Notes: generated from the letters alone by a model not told the origin. DNA of 64,000 nucleotides from an uncultured virus (IMG/VR IMGVR_UViG_3300011211_000002) (IMGVR_UViG_3300011211_000002), one strand, 5' to 3'; positions 50,647 to 61,216 are shown, counted from the first letter of the stretch. Numbers and translations: made by a program.

Positions 50647-53118
50647 TTAACCTTTATATTTAACAGTTATTGTTCCATCAGTTTCCAAGTAAATATGATG
50701 AATTAGTTTAGATGCCTTTGTTTTATTTGTCAACTCAATACCTTTTTCTTCCTTTATATGATTCAATATCTTACTTTGTGAAATAGTCTTCATTTTTCCA
50801 TTGCACTCATTGTTCTTCTTGTCATGTGTCCTGCAACAATATCTGACCATTTCTGATAAACCTTTAACTGACATATACTCCCCGCAACCCTGACAAATAA
50901 TCTTATCTCTAAAATAAGCTTTATTGTACATTATTTCTTGTTTTCTTCTTTTGTGGTAAGCTGTTCTTTTTTCTCTTCCAAAATATAAATAATGGGTTAA
51001 GGACTCTTCTTCCAAATTAAATGCGTGCTTTCGTTCAAGGTAATCAATAAAGTCTTTTAGAGTTAAATTTAATGCTTCTAACAATTTAATTATGAGTGGC
51101 GCAGATAATCCATCTTTAAATGAATGTGTTAAGGATGTATATGGTATATCATAAGTATTCATTACATACCTCATGTAAGTACTGTCAGACAGTTTTTCCC
51201 TCTTTTTTGAAGGCGTGTCTTCAGAAATTAGGAGTAATCTATTTTTAGGATGTAGATATTTATCATAACCCTCTACAAAATCATAGAACTTTTCTGTAAT
51301 GAAATCAGCTATTTTTATTAGTTCTGTATGGTAGTTGAATTTAACTGACAAATTATTTTTGTGTTCTGTTATGTTCTTTATAATCATAGGAGAACCTCCT
51401 GTTGTAAAGAGCATAACTTCATTAGAATTTTCAGCATTGGATTCATCAGTTGATGGTGTTATCAACCTAACTAATCCAAGATTCCATTGCATATAAACTT
51501 CTCCATATTTATCAATTCTGATATCAGCAAATAGATTCTCAATTAATTGCTTTTGAATACCAATTGGAGCAATACCTATCACTTGGGAATATTCTTTAGC
51601 TAGTTCTCTAAATGATTCAAAATTAAAATCTTTGCTTGTTTCATCACTAACTTTCTCTTCAACAAGAAGGAGACTATTCTTCATCTCATTGATTTTTGAA
51701 ATTAACTGTGATTGTTCAGAAATATAGACCTTTTGTAATTCAACATCTTCAATTTGCGTTGTTGTTTTAATTAGCCTTGATAATTCTTCTTCTTTTTTTG
51801 CAATTTCTTCTGAAATTAAATCATAATGACTTGCATAAGATTTTTTGTCATCTTTCATTTTTTTGTTAGCTTTTTCATAGAAATCATCTGTCATAATAAA
51901 TTTTGTTTTCTCTTTCGTAGCTTTAATCACGCTTGCTTCAAGTGCATCTTTATTGTAATGTACATTTTCACATTTTTTTAACCCACTATAATAACTTTTC
52001 TTTGTAGGACAACTATAATAACAGAACTTCTTTTCACTATCTTTTTTCTGAGTAGTAGTTCCAATCATTTTTGCCCCACATTCACCACAATAGAGTATTC
52101 CTGTTAGTAAAAAGGATGTACTATATGCTCTAGGTGGCTTCTTACCTTCTTCTTTTTTCATTTTAAAAGCGTTTATTTGTTTTTGTCTTTCCAGTGTTCG
52201 AATAGGTTCTATATAGTCTACTTCTTTAATAATTCTATTCATCTCAATATTCTTCTTGCTTTGATATGAAACATGACCTGTATAAAATGGATTGAATAAT
52301 ATAGTACTTATATTCCGATGATTCCATAGCGTTTCTTTTTTACCGTCTATAGGTTTTTTTATACTCGATTCTAATTGAGGTAAATCAGCAATTTTCTCCC
52401 CGTTTAACCATCGGGCTATGGACAGTAATCCTATCCCTTGTAAATATAATTCCTCAATCATGTGGAAAAGGTCTCTTACTCCATTTTTAGGCAAAAATCT
52501 TCCTTCAATACGTTCATATCCAATTGGAGTAGAACCACCAGTGTATTCACCTTTTTTAGCTTTAGAAATCATAGTATCAGATACACGAGTAGATGTAATT
52601 TCAGATTCCATTTCAGCAAGCATCGCAAGAATAGATTCCATCATCTTAGTTGTTCCTGCTTTTTTAATTTCTTCAATATTAACTTGAGTTTCTCCACTAG
52701 CAGTTAAGAAAATTTTACAATCATGTTCTGCTAATAAAGACCAAAACCACATATTCTCAGCTTGATTACGAAACAATCTATCTCGTCTATAAGCTATAAG
52801 GTAGTTGATCTTTCCATCTTGTATATCTTGTATGATCTCTTGCATTACTGGACGTTTATTTAATGGATTCTTTCGAGCAGATAAACCATTTTCTTCGTAG
52901 TACTTAAACACCACTCCCCCTATTTCTTTGGCATGATTATTTGCTAATTCTTGTTGCATTTCTAACGAATCTCCATCTTGAAACTGTTTATCTGTGGATA
53001 CTCGTTTGTGTACTCCAATAACAATCTTTTCTCTTTCGAATCCATTGTTACTACTTTTCTCTATTGATTTTTTATATTTGTTTTCAGTAGAAAATATATC
53101 ATTAATATCTAGTGTCAT
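50647..53118 (-). CDS. Large serine recombinase (SprA-like integrase)
   Basis: RVST..Q, YRRDRL.R catalytic domain, P.GY, ILFNPFYTG recombinase domain, LLTGILYCGECG Zn ribbon, coiled coil. Confidence 0.93.
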   Translation of the reverse strand: MTLDINDIFSTENKYKKSIEKSSNNGFEREKIVIGVHKRVSTDKQFQDGDSLEMQQELANNHAKEIGGVVFKYYEENGLSARKNPLNKRPVMQEIIQDIQDGKINYLIAYRRDRLFRNQAENMWFWSLLAEHDCKIFLTASGETQVNIEEIKKAGTTKMMESILAMLAEMESEITSTRVSDTMISKAKKGEYTGGSTPIGYERIEGRFLPKNGVRDLFHMIEELYLQGIGLLSIARWLNGEKIADLPQLESSIKKPIDGKKETLWNHRNISTILFNPFYTGHVSYQSKKNIEMNRIIKEVDYIEPIRTLERQKQINAFKMKKEEGKKPPRAYSTSFLLTGILYCGECGAKMIGTTTQKKDSEKKFCYYSCPTKKSYYSGLKKCENVHYNKDALEASVIKATKEKTKFIMTDDFYEKANKKMKDDKKSYASHYDLISEEIAKKEEELSRLIKTTTQIEDVELQKVYISEQSQLISKINEMKNSLLLVEEKVSDETSKDFNFESFRELAKEYSQVIGIAPIGIQKQLIENLFADIRIDKYGEVYMQWNLGLVRLITPSTDESNAENSNEVMLFTTGGSPMIIKNITEHKNNLSVKFNYHTELIKIADFITEKFYDFVEGYDKYLHPKNRLLLISEDTPSKKREKLSDSTYMRYVMNTYDIPYTSLTHSFKDGLSAPLIIKLLEALNLTLKDFIDYLERKHAFNLEEESLTHYLYFGREKRTAYHKRRKQEIMYNKAYFRDKIICQGCGEYMSVKGLSEMVRYCCRTHDKKNNECNGKMKTISQSKILNHIKEEKGIELTNKTKASKLIHHIYLETDGTITVKYKG

Positions 53119-53227
53119 TTAATTCATTCCTTTATTATGTTTTCTATAACAACTTACTTATGTTCAATATAACAATTATGAAAAATAAGTACAAGCAAAA
53201 AATATCACTCATACTTATTTTATGTAT

Positions 53228-53380
53228 TTATTTATTTTTTATCGTCTTATAATAGTAAAGAAACATATTTAAAAGAACTTCTTCTAGACTATTCATAGCT
53301 TCCTTTTCTTCTTCAGAAGTAACTTCTCTATTCTCAAAAGTGATTTCTTTTATTTTTGGGACATTCTTAATTCTACCCAT
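53228..53380 (-). CDS. 50-aa protein, candidate recombination directionality factor (not in ORF track)
   Basis: RBS AGGAG, MGRIKNVPKIKEITFENRE...YYYKTIKNK; position analogous to SPbeta sprB. Confidence 0.5.
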   Translation of the reverse strand: MGRIKNVPKIKEITFENREVTSEEEKEAMNSLEEVLLNMFLYYYKTIKNK

Positions 53381-53897
53381 TCACTTCTCCCTTTCTTTCA
53401 TAATTAATAAACTCAAATCTTAATCCATCTTCTTCATGTTCTTCACTATGTATTATCTTAAATTGATGCTTAACTTGTTGATATGGTAAGTATGTATCTC
53501 CCTTTTTATTATCGTGTATGTAAGTAATAAAAACTTTATCAGCAAAAGGTAATGCTTGTTCATATAAAGATTGTCCTCCACAAATCCATAAGTCTTTGTC
53601 TTGTCTTCCACTTTGTAAATAATGATTTAATACTTTATCAAATGATGATTCTACAATGACATCTTTTGGAGCTTTGTATTTCTTGTTAGTCGTTAGAACT
53701 ACATTTATACGCTTATCTAATGGTTTAGGTAATTCTTCAAATGTTCTTTTACCCATTAAACAAATATTGGGATGACCACTGCTATTTTGAGTAAGATTTT
53801 TAAAACGTTGCAAATCCTTTTTAATTCTATATAGTAATTGTCCATTCTTACCTATGGTATGTGTTTCATTGATTGCTGCAATGATATTAATTGACAT
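53373..53897 (-). CDS. dfrA: Dihydrofolate reductase
   Basis: IIAA....IGKNGQL, DLQRFK, MGKRTFE, R.NVVLT, ICGGQSLY. Confidence 0.95.
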   Translation of the reverse strand: MSINIIAAINETHTIGKNGQLLYRIKKDLQRFKNLTQNSSGHPNICLMGKRTFEELPKPLDKRINVVLTTNKKYKAPKDVIVESSFDKVLNHYLQSGRQDKDLWICGGQSLYEQALPFADKVFITYIHDNKKGDTYLPYQQVKHQFKIIHSEEHEEDGLRFEFINYERKGEVNG

Positions 53898-54042
53898 TTA
53901 ATCCTCCTGCTCAAAATTGACTATATATGTGTGTAAATTGTAAAATGTAAATGTGACTAAACCGCATCTTACTTCTGAAAATGAAGAATCACTTCCATAG
54001 TTCTTTTAAGTGAGTGCTTAATCTGCATTCACTCTTTTTTAT

Positions 54043-54885
54043 TTAAATTGCTACATCTGGTATTTTTAACTTTCCTAAATGTGTATAACCTATAATTTCT
54101 ACGTCATCTGAAGTTAATTCAAAGAATGGTTTCTTAGCTATTTTAATTTCTACTTTCTGAGAAGGATTAACTTTACCGTTTGTCATACGTTCATATAGGA
54201 TATTACCTACTTCTTGATGCTTATTGTATTCATGAAGATCTTGAACTAAATGAGCAAAATTTCCAACCTCTAATCCAACCTCTTGAGCAATAGCATGTTG
54301 TAAGAATGCATATTGAACTGTATTCCAACCTCCAAATCCTGCTGCTGTGTGCATGTCACCTGAACGCTGTATAAGAGTCATATCTAACTTTCCATCATCT
54401 ACGCTAAAATGAGTTGCATATGCACATTCAATCAATGATTTCATTGATTTATCTAATTGTTCCTTAGCATCAAACATACTCATCATGATGCGTCTTGAAG
54501 AAGGATTTGTTTTTAATTCACCTAATACATATTCAATTTGAGAATTGTAACCCATAGTAGGTTTAGCAATTTGATATCCATAGGCTTTATGTATCTTGTT
54601 TTGTTCGTCTTTCCATGAATCCCAAATTTTAGAGTTTAAATCATTTACATCATTGGACAATTTCATGTAAATCCAAATGATTTCATCAATTGAAGCTTTC
54701 CAATTAATTTCACGTAGCGATAGAATAGGGAAACTCTCTTGTAAATTCACCTTATTAAATACCTGCGTAATCTTACGTGTACTAATTGGAGAACCATCCT
54801 TCCATGAAGCTCTATTATCTGAAACCCATTGTTTCTTTTGAATCTGAATTAGATCATTTATGTAAATACCATCTGTTCTATTCAT
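54043..54885 (-). CDS. thyA: Thymidylate synthase
   Basis: YGYQ, SRR, catalytic C, QRSGD, N, HEY motifs. Confidence 0.93.
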   Translation of the reverse strand: MNRTDGIYINDLIQIQKKQWVSDNRASWKDGSPISTRKITQVFNKVNLQESFPILSLREINWKASIDEIIWIYMKLSNDVNDLNSKIWDSWKDEQNKIHKAYGYQIAKPTMGYNSQIEYVLGELKTNPSSRRIMMSMFDAKEQLDKSMKSLIECAYATHFSVDDGKLDMTLIQRSGDMHTAAGFGGWNTVQYAFLQHAIAQEVGLEVGNFAHLVQDLHEYNKHQEVGNILYERMTNGKVNPSQKVEIKIAKKPFFELTSDDVEIIGYTHLGKLKIPDVAI

Positions 54886-54956
54886 ACTATAACAACACTC
54901 CTAATGTAAAAGTAATGAGAGTAGAAATTAATCCACTCTCATATTAAATTATGTAT

Positions 54957-55274
54957 TTATTTGTTAAATAGTTTCTTTAAAGCCTTCTTAATTTTACCTT
55001 TCTTCTTTTTAGGTTCTTTCTCGAACGACTTTGTTTCAATAACTTCAACTTTTTCTAATTCACTTTCAATCTCTGGAACATTTACGATTTCTTCTACAGG
55101 TTTTAAAAATTGTATAAATTTATTGTTGAATCGTTCAATACCTTGTCCATAGTATTCTTCAAATGAAACTACTCCATTATCATTGTATTGAGGTGTGAAA
55201 GGTACACCTTTATGCTTTGCTTCTAATTTACGCTGTTTTCGTGATTTCAAAATATCATTCTCCTTTATATGCAT
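54957..55274 (-). CDS. Hypothetical protein
   Basis: ORF in co-directional operon. Confidence 0.6.
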   Translation of the reverse strand: MHIKENDILKSRKQRKLEAKHKGVPFTPQYNDNGVVSFEEYYGQGIERFNNKFIQFLKPVEEIVNVPEIESELEKVEVIETKSFEKEPKKKKGKIKKALKKLFNK

Positions 55275-55277
55275 TTA

Positions 55278-55526
55278 TTAATTTACTAATTCAATTGCAT
55301 GTAAATCTTGTTCAAAAATAATCCCACCTGAATGACTCCCATCTTTCCTAGTTTCTAAAATTACACTTATTGAACCTGCATTTACACTATATACTTCATA
55401 CTTCTCTTTTAGTGGTGAATTAAGAAATAATAAAGCTTTTGTTCCCAACACCTTAAAATCCTTTATTTTAATAAAATTCCCTACCTCGATGTCTTGTAAT
55501 TTCAGCAAAATATCACTCCTATTCAT
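55278..55526 (-). CDS. Hypothetical protein
   Basis: ORF in co-directional operon. Confidence 0.5.
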   Translation of the reverse strand: MNRSDILLKLQDIEVGNFIKIKDFKVLGTKALLFLNSPLKEKYEVYSVNAGSISVILETRKDGSHSGGIIFEQDLHAIELVN

Positions 55527-55567
55527 AATATTTTAATTTTATGTAATTAATTAACTTATGTTATGCA

Positions 55568-56818
55568 TTACGCTAATTGCTTTTGATCTTCTATGTATTT
55601 ATCATAATCTTCTTTATACATCCATTTGTACCCACCTGCTGTCTCATAACCATGTTTCTTTTTACAACAGGAGTTTATCTGACCATTGTTTATTTTTAAA
55701 TCTTTATATATATCAATTGCACTACACCATGTGTTAATATAGTTACCATTAATAGAAAGTTGTACTATGGCTTTCCTTCTCTTTTTTCCGCTTTGATAAC
55801 CAGCTCGTTTTCTATTATTAGCAATTTCTTTTTCCAAGTTATAATCACATAAACCTGCTTCCCATCCTCTAATTAGGTATGCTCTCGCTGTATCACGGCA
55901 TACTCTTAAATCTTCCACTATTGTTTCTATACTATCTCCATTTGACCATTTATTACATGTTTCTAAAACTATCGATTTTGAAGTTTTTTCTTGGCATATT
56001 TTAATATCAATCCTATTTAAATCAAAAATTTCTTTTAGTTTCGTTTTTTTAATAGAAGATAGTATATACTCAAACGTGCTCTCTCGACAGTCGATAACTA
56101 TATAATCTTCTATTCCATTCTCTTTAGCTAATAGCTCTTTAAATCTATCATTCTCTTGTTCTTCTTCTAAAGTCCTTCCTCCGCAAGACTTGAAACCACT
56201 CTGCACATAATGTTGTCCTCCATGAACTTCTATTATCATGTTATATTTAGGTAAATAAAAATCATATCTTACTTTTCTACTAAATGGTGTTACCTGCGTT
56301 TCAAATTCTACCTGTAATTGACTTAATATATTTGCCAGTAGCCTCTCTGGATATGAAATTCCATTAGAACATAGTGGGCAAGATAACCCTTGTTTTTTTA
56401 CATTTTTTAAAATTTTGTTCTTTATAAGAGAATCACAACCACTACATTTAAAATCAATCTTTTGATGGCTATTTTCTGTGTATTTAAATCCATCTTCAGG
56501 ATTGGCTAATAGGGAAGCAAGTTCAGGATTTGTAGTCCACATATCATTGAAACCTTTTAGCACCCTATTTCCTGAACAATACGGACATCCAGTTCCTTTC
56601 ACTCTATTTACTATAGAAGCTTCCCATTTATGTCCACACTCACCTATCCACCATGCTTTAACTCCAGTTCCTTTAGTCACCTTATAAATATCTAATCCCA
56701 ACTCAGTATTCTTCTCAAAATCCCATTCATCAAATAAGTGAGGTGAGTGACGTAGCATTGCATTATCTTTTAACTCACTGTTCTCATCAAACTTAGGTTT
56801 TACATATGTATTACACAA
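55568..56818 (-). CDS. Putative homing endonuclease, paralog of 22006-23709
   Basis: LKDNAML.HSPHLF.EW, CPYCSG..VLKGFNDMWTTNP, IIEVHGGQH, NUMOD1-like C-terminus. Confidence 0.8.
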   Translation of the reverse strand: MCNTYVKPKFDENSELKDNAMLRHSPHLFDEWDFEKNTELGLDIYKVTKGTGVKAWWIGECGHKWEASIVNRVKGTGCPYCSGNRVLKGFNDMWTTNPELASLLANPEDGFKYTENSHQKIDFKCSGCDSLIKNKILKNVKKQGLSCPLCSNGISYPERLLANILSQLQVEFETQVTPFSRKVRYDFYLPKYNMIIEVHGGQHYVQSGFKSCGGRTLEEEQENDRFKELLAKENGIEDYIVIDCRESTFEYILSSIKKTKLKEIFDLNRIDIKICQEKTSKSIVLETCNKWSNGDSIETIVEDLRVCRDTARAYLIRGWEAGLCDYNLEKEIANNRKRAGYQSGKKRRKAIVQLSINGNYINTWCSAIDIYKDLKINNGQINSCCKKKHGYETAGGYKWMYKEDYDKYIEDQKQLA

Positions 56819-56960
56819 CTTATCTTATTCCTCCTCGTCAGGAGGGTAGCTACCACTTTTACTGTACAGTCGTCCCTATTCATTCGTTTTATGTATTTTA
56901 TTATTTAAAATTCACTAAATGGTTTATCAATAGTGCAATTTGCTTTATCTGCGATTTTCT

Positions 56961-57149
56961 TTAAGTTATCATAATTAAATAATTTAACTTCCCACAATTA
57001 TGGAGTCTCATTAATTCATCAAACATCTCGTTCAATACAGAATTATACTCTTCACACATTTTCTTATAATTAATAGTATCTGTTACTAAACAATTCCCTT
57101 TGATCACTGTACCTGTTTGTGAATCAATTAATTGAACATCTTTTGACAT
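56961..57149 (-). CDS. Hypothetical protein
   Basis: Short ORF in operon direction. Confidence 0.4.
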   Translation of the reverse strand: MSKDVQLIDSQTGTVIKGNCLVTDTINYKKMCEEYNSVLNEMFDELMRLHNCGKLNYLIMIT

Positions 57150-57276
57150 AATTAATCAAACTTCTTCTATTTTAATTTTTTAAATAATATCCATGTTTTA
57201 TTGAAAGTTAATGATACAAATATGATATTCATACCATTAAATAATTTAATTTATCATATACACATTATAGATTTTA

Positions 57277-57777
57277 TTATTTACCACTGCTGCCTAAAGC
57301 ACCTGTACCACGTTCAGATGGAATCTTTAATAATTCTTCATAAGGAATCACTTCTTCTGTTACTTCAGGTGCTATTTCAACTGCCATCTGACATACTGCT
57401 TTAGTAATTGGATACTTAACTTCCGTTTCAGTTTCTACTTTTTCTGTAACTAGTTTAGAAATTACAATGTTTTTATTAGTTGTATTTTGTAGCTTTAAGA
57501 ACACTTCTCCTCGATATCCACTATCTACTTGACCACATCGAGGTACTAATCCAATTGAACCTGTTGAACCACGTTCACGTTGAAAATCTAAACGATATTT
57601 ATAGCTTACTGCCGTTGCAATACCAGTATCGAATCCTACAATTTCATGCGGTTTAATTGTTACTTCATCCTCATTGAATAATACATAAATGTCATAACAT
57701 CCATCTTCTTTACGTTTGGTTGGAGTGACTGCATTTTCTTTTACTTTTGCGAAGTATAATGTGTCATTTAAATTCAT
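57277..57777 (-). CDS. dut: dUTPase (trimeric family)
   Basis: YDIY, ERGS, GQVDSGYRGE, SERGTGALGSSG motifs. Confidence 0.92.
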   Translation of the reverse strand: MNLNDTLYFAKVKENAVTPTKRKEDGCYDIYVLFNEDEVTIKPHEIVGFDTGIATAVSYKYRLDFQRERGSTGSIGLVPRCGQVDSGYRGEVFLKLQNTTNKNIVISKLVTEKVETETEVKYPITKAVCQMAVEIAPEVTEEVIPYEELLKIPSERGTGALGSSGK

Positions 57778-57793
57778 ATTAAAATATCCCCTT

Positions 57794-58768
57794 TTAATTT
57801 AAGTTTGAAAAGTCAAAAGTGTCGTCATTAATTGGTTCTACCTTAGCTTTAGCATATGTAGCACCCTTTTGTGAAAAGAAGTCATAGGTACTACCTTCGT
57901 TGCGAATACCATTCATTACAATAGGATTAACTTCTTCATCTGGGAACATAGTATCTAATCCAAGATTCATTAAGGCTTTGTTTGCATTGTATCTTACATA
58001 AGCTTTAACATCAGGACTTAATCCTGTTTCAGCATAAATATCATCAGTGTATTTCACTTCATTTTGATACAAATCTAGTAACAATTCATATCCCCATACT
58101 TTTAAATCGTTTTGCTTTTCAGTGTTAAACTTGCTGAAAATGCCTTGTGCAAAAAATCCAACAGCTACACCATGTATAGATTCATCTCTTAATATAAGCG
58201 AAATTACCTCTGCACTATTACGCAATACTCCTTGTCCACCTAAATATAATGGATAGAAGAATCCTGAATAAAATAAGAAGCTCTCCAACATTACTGAAGC
58301 AAACATAGCTTTCCACAATGATTCATCATCATTTTCCTTAATAGATGTATATATGTCTGCAATTTTATTTGCCTTATATTGTAGAAATTCATTCTTTTTG
58401 ATCCATTCAAATATTTCATCTATTTCTTTGTTTGTACAAAGCGTTGTAAATATATAAGAATATGATTTAGCATGTATTGCCTCAAATGCATCAAAAACGG
58501 TTAATACAGCCTTTTCCTGTAAATCATCTGTATAAGCAGCAACACGATTCATCCCGATATTTGTCTGGACAGTATCAAGCAAAGTTAGTCCTGCAAACAA
58601 TTTTTTGTATGTGTCTTGATGCTCAAAACTCTTCCACTGCTGAATATCTTTACTCACTGCAATTTCTTCAGGAAACCAAATTTGCTTCCATTGCTGATCC
58701 CAAAAAATTTGAGCAAGTTCACTTGTAGCCTTATTCCAGTTTACTGCCTCATAGACTATATTTGACAT
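57794..58768 (-). CDS. nrdF: Class Ib ribonucleotide reductase beta subunit
   Basis: W.PEEI, LTLLD, EAIHAKSY, LESFLFYSGF, RDESIHG, DFFS. Confidence 0.95.
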   Translation of the reverse strand: MSNIVYEAVNWNKATSELAQIFWDQQWKQIWFPEEIAVSKDIQQWKSFEHQDTYKKLFAGLTLLDTVQTNIGMNRVAAYTDDLQEKAVLTVFDAFEAIHAKSYSYIFTTLCTNKEIDEIFEWIKKNEFLQYKANKIADIYTSIKENDDESLWKAMFASVMLESFLFYSGFFYPLYLGGQGVLRNSAEVISLILRDESIHGVAVGFFAQGIFSKFNTEKQNDLKVWGYELLLDLYQNEVKYTDDIYAETGLSPDVKAYVRYNANKALMNLGLDTMFPDEEVNPIVMNGIRNEGSTYDFFSQKGATYAKAKVEPINDDTFDFSNLN

Positions 58769-60849
58769 GCTACACACTCCTCTAAGCTTTGTAATCGTTG
58801 ACGAACATAATAAACGGACTTAATCCCTTTAACCCATGCATAAATGTATACTTTAGCTAGTTGTTCTGTTGTCCATTGGTCTGTTACATAAAGCGTCATT
58901 GAAATACCTTGGTCAACATGTTTTTGTGCCGCAGCATATAAATCAATTAATTTATAAGGGTTAACATCATATGATTCTTCATATAAATGCATATTCTCAT
59001 TAGTCATATATGGCATAGGATAAATTGTACGACTATCAGCATAATCACGAATTTCCACACGTTCTGTAATAGGTGACATTGATGCTGTGCAGCTTCGAAT
59101 ATAACTGATACTTCCTGTAGGTGCAGTTGCTAAACGATATGAATGAAATAGACCATATTTCATTACATCTACTTTAAGTTGCTTCCACATCTCAGAAGTG
59201 ATAATTGGTATGTTACCTAGTGCTTTTTGCACTTTCTCATTCGGTAAGGTGTCTTCTTTGGAAACATATGTAGCAAAATAATTGCCATTTGCATATTCAC
59301 TCTTCTCAAATCCGAAGAAACTTTCACATTTTTCTTTAGCTAACGCCATAGATGATTTAAGTGAGTAATAGTTCAATGCTTCCATAAAATGATCTACAAA
59401 TTTAATCGAATCAGGAGAGCCGTAAATGATATCTTGTGTTGCTAAATGTCCATGAAGGTTCATACAACCAAGTCCTACAGAATGCATTAATTGATTGGCT
59501 TTTGCAACAGACGGTACATTCACAATATTTGTCTGTGTTGTAACGTTCGTAAGCAATCTCATTGATGTGTCTACTAAATCTTCAAAATTATTTACTTGAC
59601 TTGCTGCATGAATATCAATTGACCCTAAATTACACGAAACATCTAACCCGTATTCGTTAGGTTGATCTTGATCAGTGATAATACTTTTTTGTTGTAATTG
59701 TAGGATTTCCGTACAGAGGTTAGACATTTGTACTCGTCCAATACCCTTGAGTGGATGCACATCGTTTACATTATCATCAAATATCTCAAAAGGATATCCT
59801 GATTCAAATTGTGCTTTTTTTACTTCAGTGTATAAATTACGTGCATTTAAACGTTTAATTTTTCGAATTCTAGGATTATCTAGTAGCTCATAGTACATGT
59901 CCGTAATACTGATTTCAGACATACGCTTACCATATTCCTTATGGATGTCATATGGGCTAAATAGAACAATATCCTTATCCTTTTTCATTAACTCAAAGAA
60001 AATGCTTGGTATAATGATTCCTGTTGATAATGTTGCTAGGCGAATTTTATCATCTGCATTAGGTTTCTTTGATGAAATAAAGTTTTCAATGTCTGCATGG
60101 AAAATGTTCAGATAAACTACTCCTGAGCCATTTCGTTGTCCCATTTGGTTGGAATAACTAAATGAGTTTTCTAAAAGTTTAGCTACTGGAATAACTCCAC
60201 TTGCTCTATTGAGAATCTCCTTAATAGGATCACCTAATGGTCGAAGATCAGTTAGATTAACTCCAACTCCTCCACCTAGTCTACTCAACTCTAGGCAGTA
60301 TCCAATATTCTCTGCAATACTATTCATGGAGTCATCCATTGATAATTTGAAACAACTTACTAATTCACCTCTAGCTTTTTTGCCACTATTTAAAGCTGTT
60401 GGCGTTGCAGGTTGATAGGCTTCCATCATCACCCTTACTGCCTTCTCTGCAAGTTGTTCATCACCTTGAGAAAGATATAATGCAATTATAGAAATTCTGT
60501 CTTCATATTTTTCTAAAATTTCTTCCCCATCACGACTCTTCATTGCATAACTCTCATAGAATTTACTTGCACTCATAAATGAAGGAAAACGGAAATTATA
60601 CGAATATGCAATCTTATAAATTTTCTTAATGAAATCAAATGAGTACATGTCTAAGAATTCTTTTTCATAATAACCTTCTGATACAAGGTATTTAAGTTTT
60701 TCTTCTAGATCAATAAAGTATCGTAACTTAATATTCACATGTTCTAAGAAGTACTTCCTAGTCGCTTCTTTATCTTTTTCTGATGCTAATCTTCCAGTTC
60801 GTTCATATGTATTTAAAACCTCATTATTCAACTTTAAGTACTCTTTCAA
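58756..60849 (-). CDS. nrdE: Class Ib ribonucleotide reductase alpha subunit
   Basis: QPATPT, LVSCF, GGGVG, SNLCTE, CNLGS, APTGSIS, YYVR, C-terminal CxxC; probable TTG start at 60849. Confidence 0.95.
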   Translation of the reverse strand: MKEYLKLNNEVLNTYERTGRLASEKDKEATRKYFLEHVNIKLRYFIDLEEKLKYLVSEGYYEKEFLDMYSFDFIKKIYKIAYSYNFRFPSFMSASKFYESYAMKSRDGEEILEKYEDRISIIALYLSQGDEQLAEKAVRVMMEAYQPATPTALNSGKKARGELVSCFKLSMDDSMNSIAENIGYCLELSRLGGGVGVNLTDLRPLGDPIKEILNRASGVIPVAKLLENSFSYSNQMGQRNGSGVVYLNIFHADIENFISSKKPNADDKIRLATLSTGIIIPSIFFELMKKDKDIVLFSPYDIHKEYGKRMSEISITDMYYELLDNPRIRKIKRLNARNLYTEVKKAQFESGYPFEIFDDNVNDVHPLKGIGRVQMSNLCTEILQLQQKSIITDQDQPNEYGLDVSCNLGSIDIHAASQVNNFEDLVDTSMRLLTNVTTQTNIVNVPSVAKANQLMHSVGLGCMNLHGHLATQDIIYGSPDSIKFVDHFMEALNYYSLKSSMALAKEKCESFFGFEKSEYANGNYFATYVSKEDTLPNEKVQKALGNIPIITSEMWKQLKVDVMKYGLFHSYRLATAPTGSISYIRSCTASMSPITERVEIRDYADSRTIYPMPYMTNENMHLYEESYDVNPYKLIDLYAAAQKHVDQGISMTLYVTDQWTTEQLAKVYIYAWVKGIKSVYYVRQRLQSLEECVACQI

Positions 60850-60853
60850 ATTA

Positions 60854-61216
60854 TCACTCACCTTGTATATATTTGTTGTATCTCTCAACAATCAAATCAT
60901 AATCATGTTGAAATCCTCTTAATTCGACCTTATGTAGTATTGGAACGTTGTACTGCCTACTAATCTTATCTGCTGATTCACAGAACATTTTCTTTCCAAA
61001 ATTACTATTTCCACTTGCTATTACACCTTTACAAAATTTGTGGTTCATTTGAAGGAAGTCTTCAACCTTATTAGGAACCTCCCCCAACTTATCTGTGTAT
61101 GTGAATATTATGTATGGTTCGTTAACTATTAAACTTTCGGTGATTTCGATTGATGGTAAATCTAATTTACTTGCTATGTATCTGACATTACCTGTGCGAC
61201 TTGCATAAATTATCAT
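60854..61216 (-). CDS. nrdI: Flavodoxin-like NrdI
   Basis: YASRTGNV, GVIASGNSNFG..FC, KVELRG. Confidence 0.93.
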   Translation of the reverse strand: MIIYASRTGNVRYIASKLDLPSIEITESLIVNEPYIIFTYTDKLGEVPNKVEDFLQMNHKFCKGVIASGNSNFGKKMFCESADKISRQYNVPILHKVELRGFQHDYDLIVERYNKYIQGE

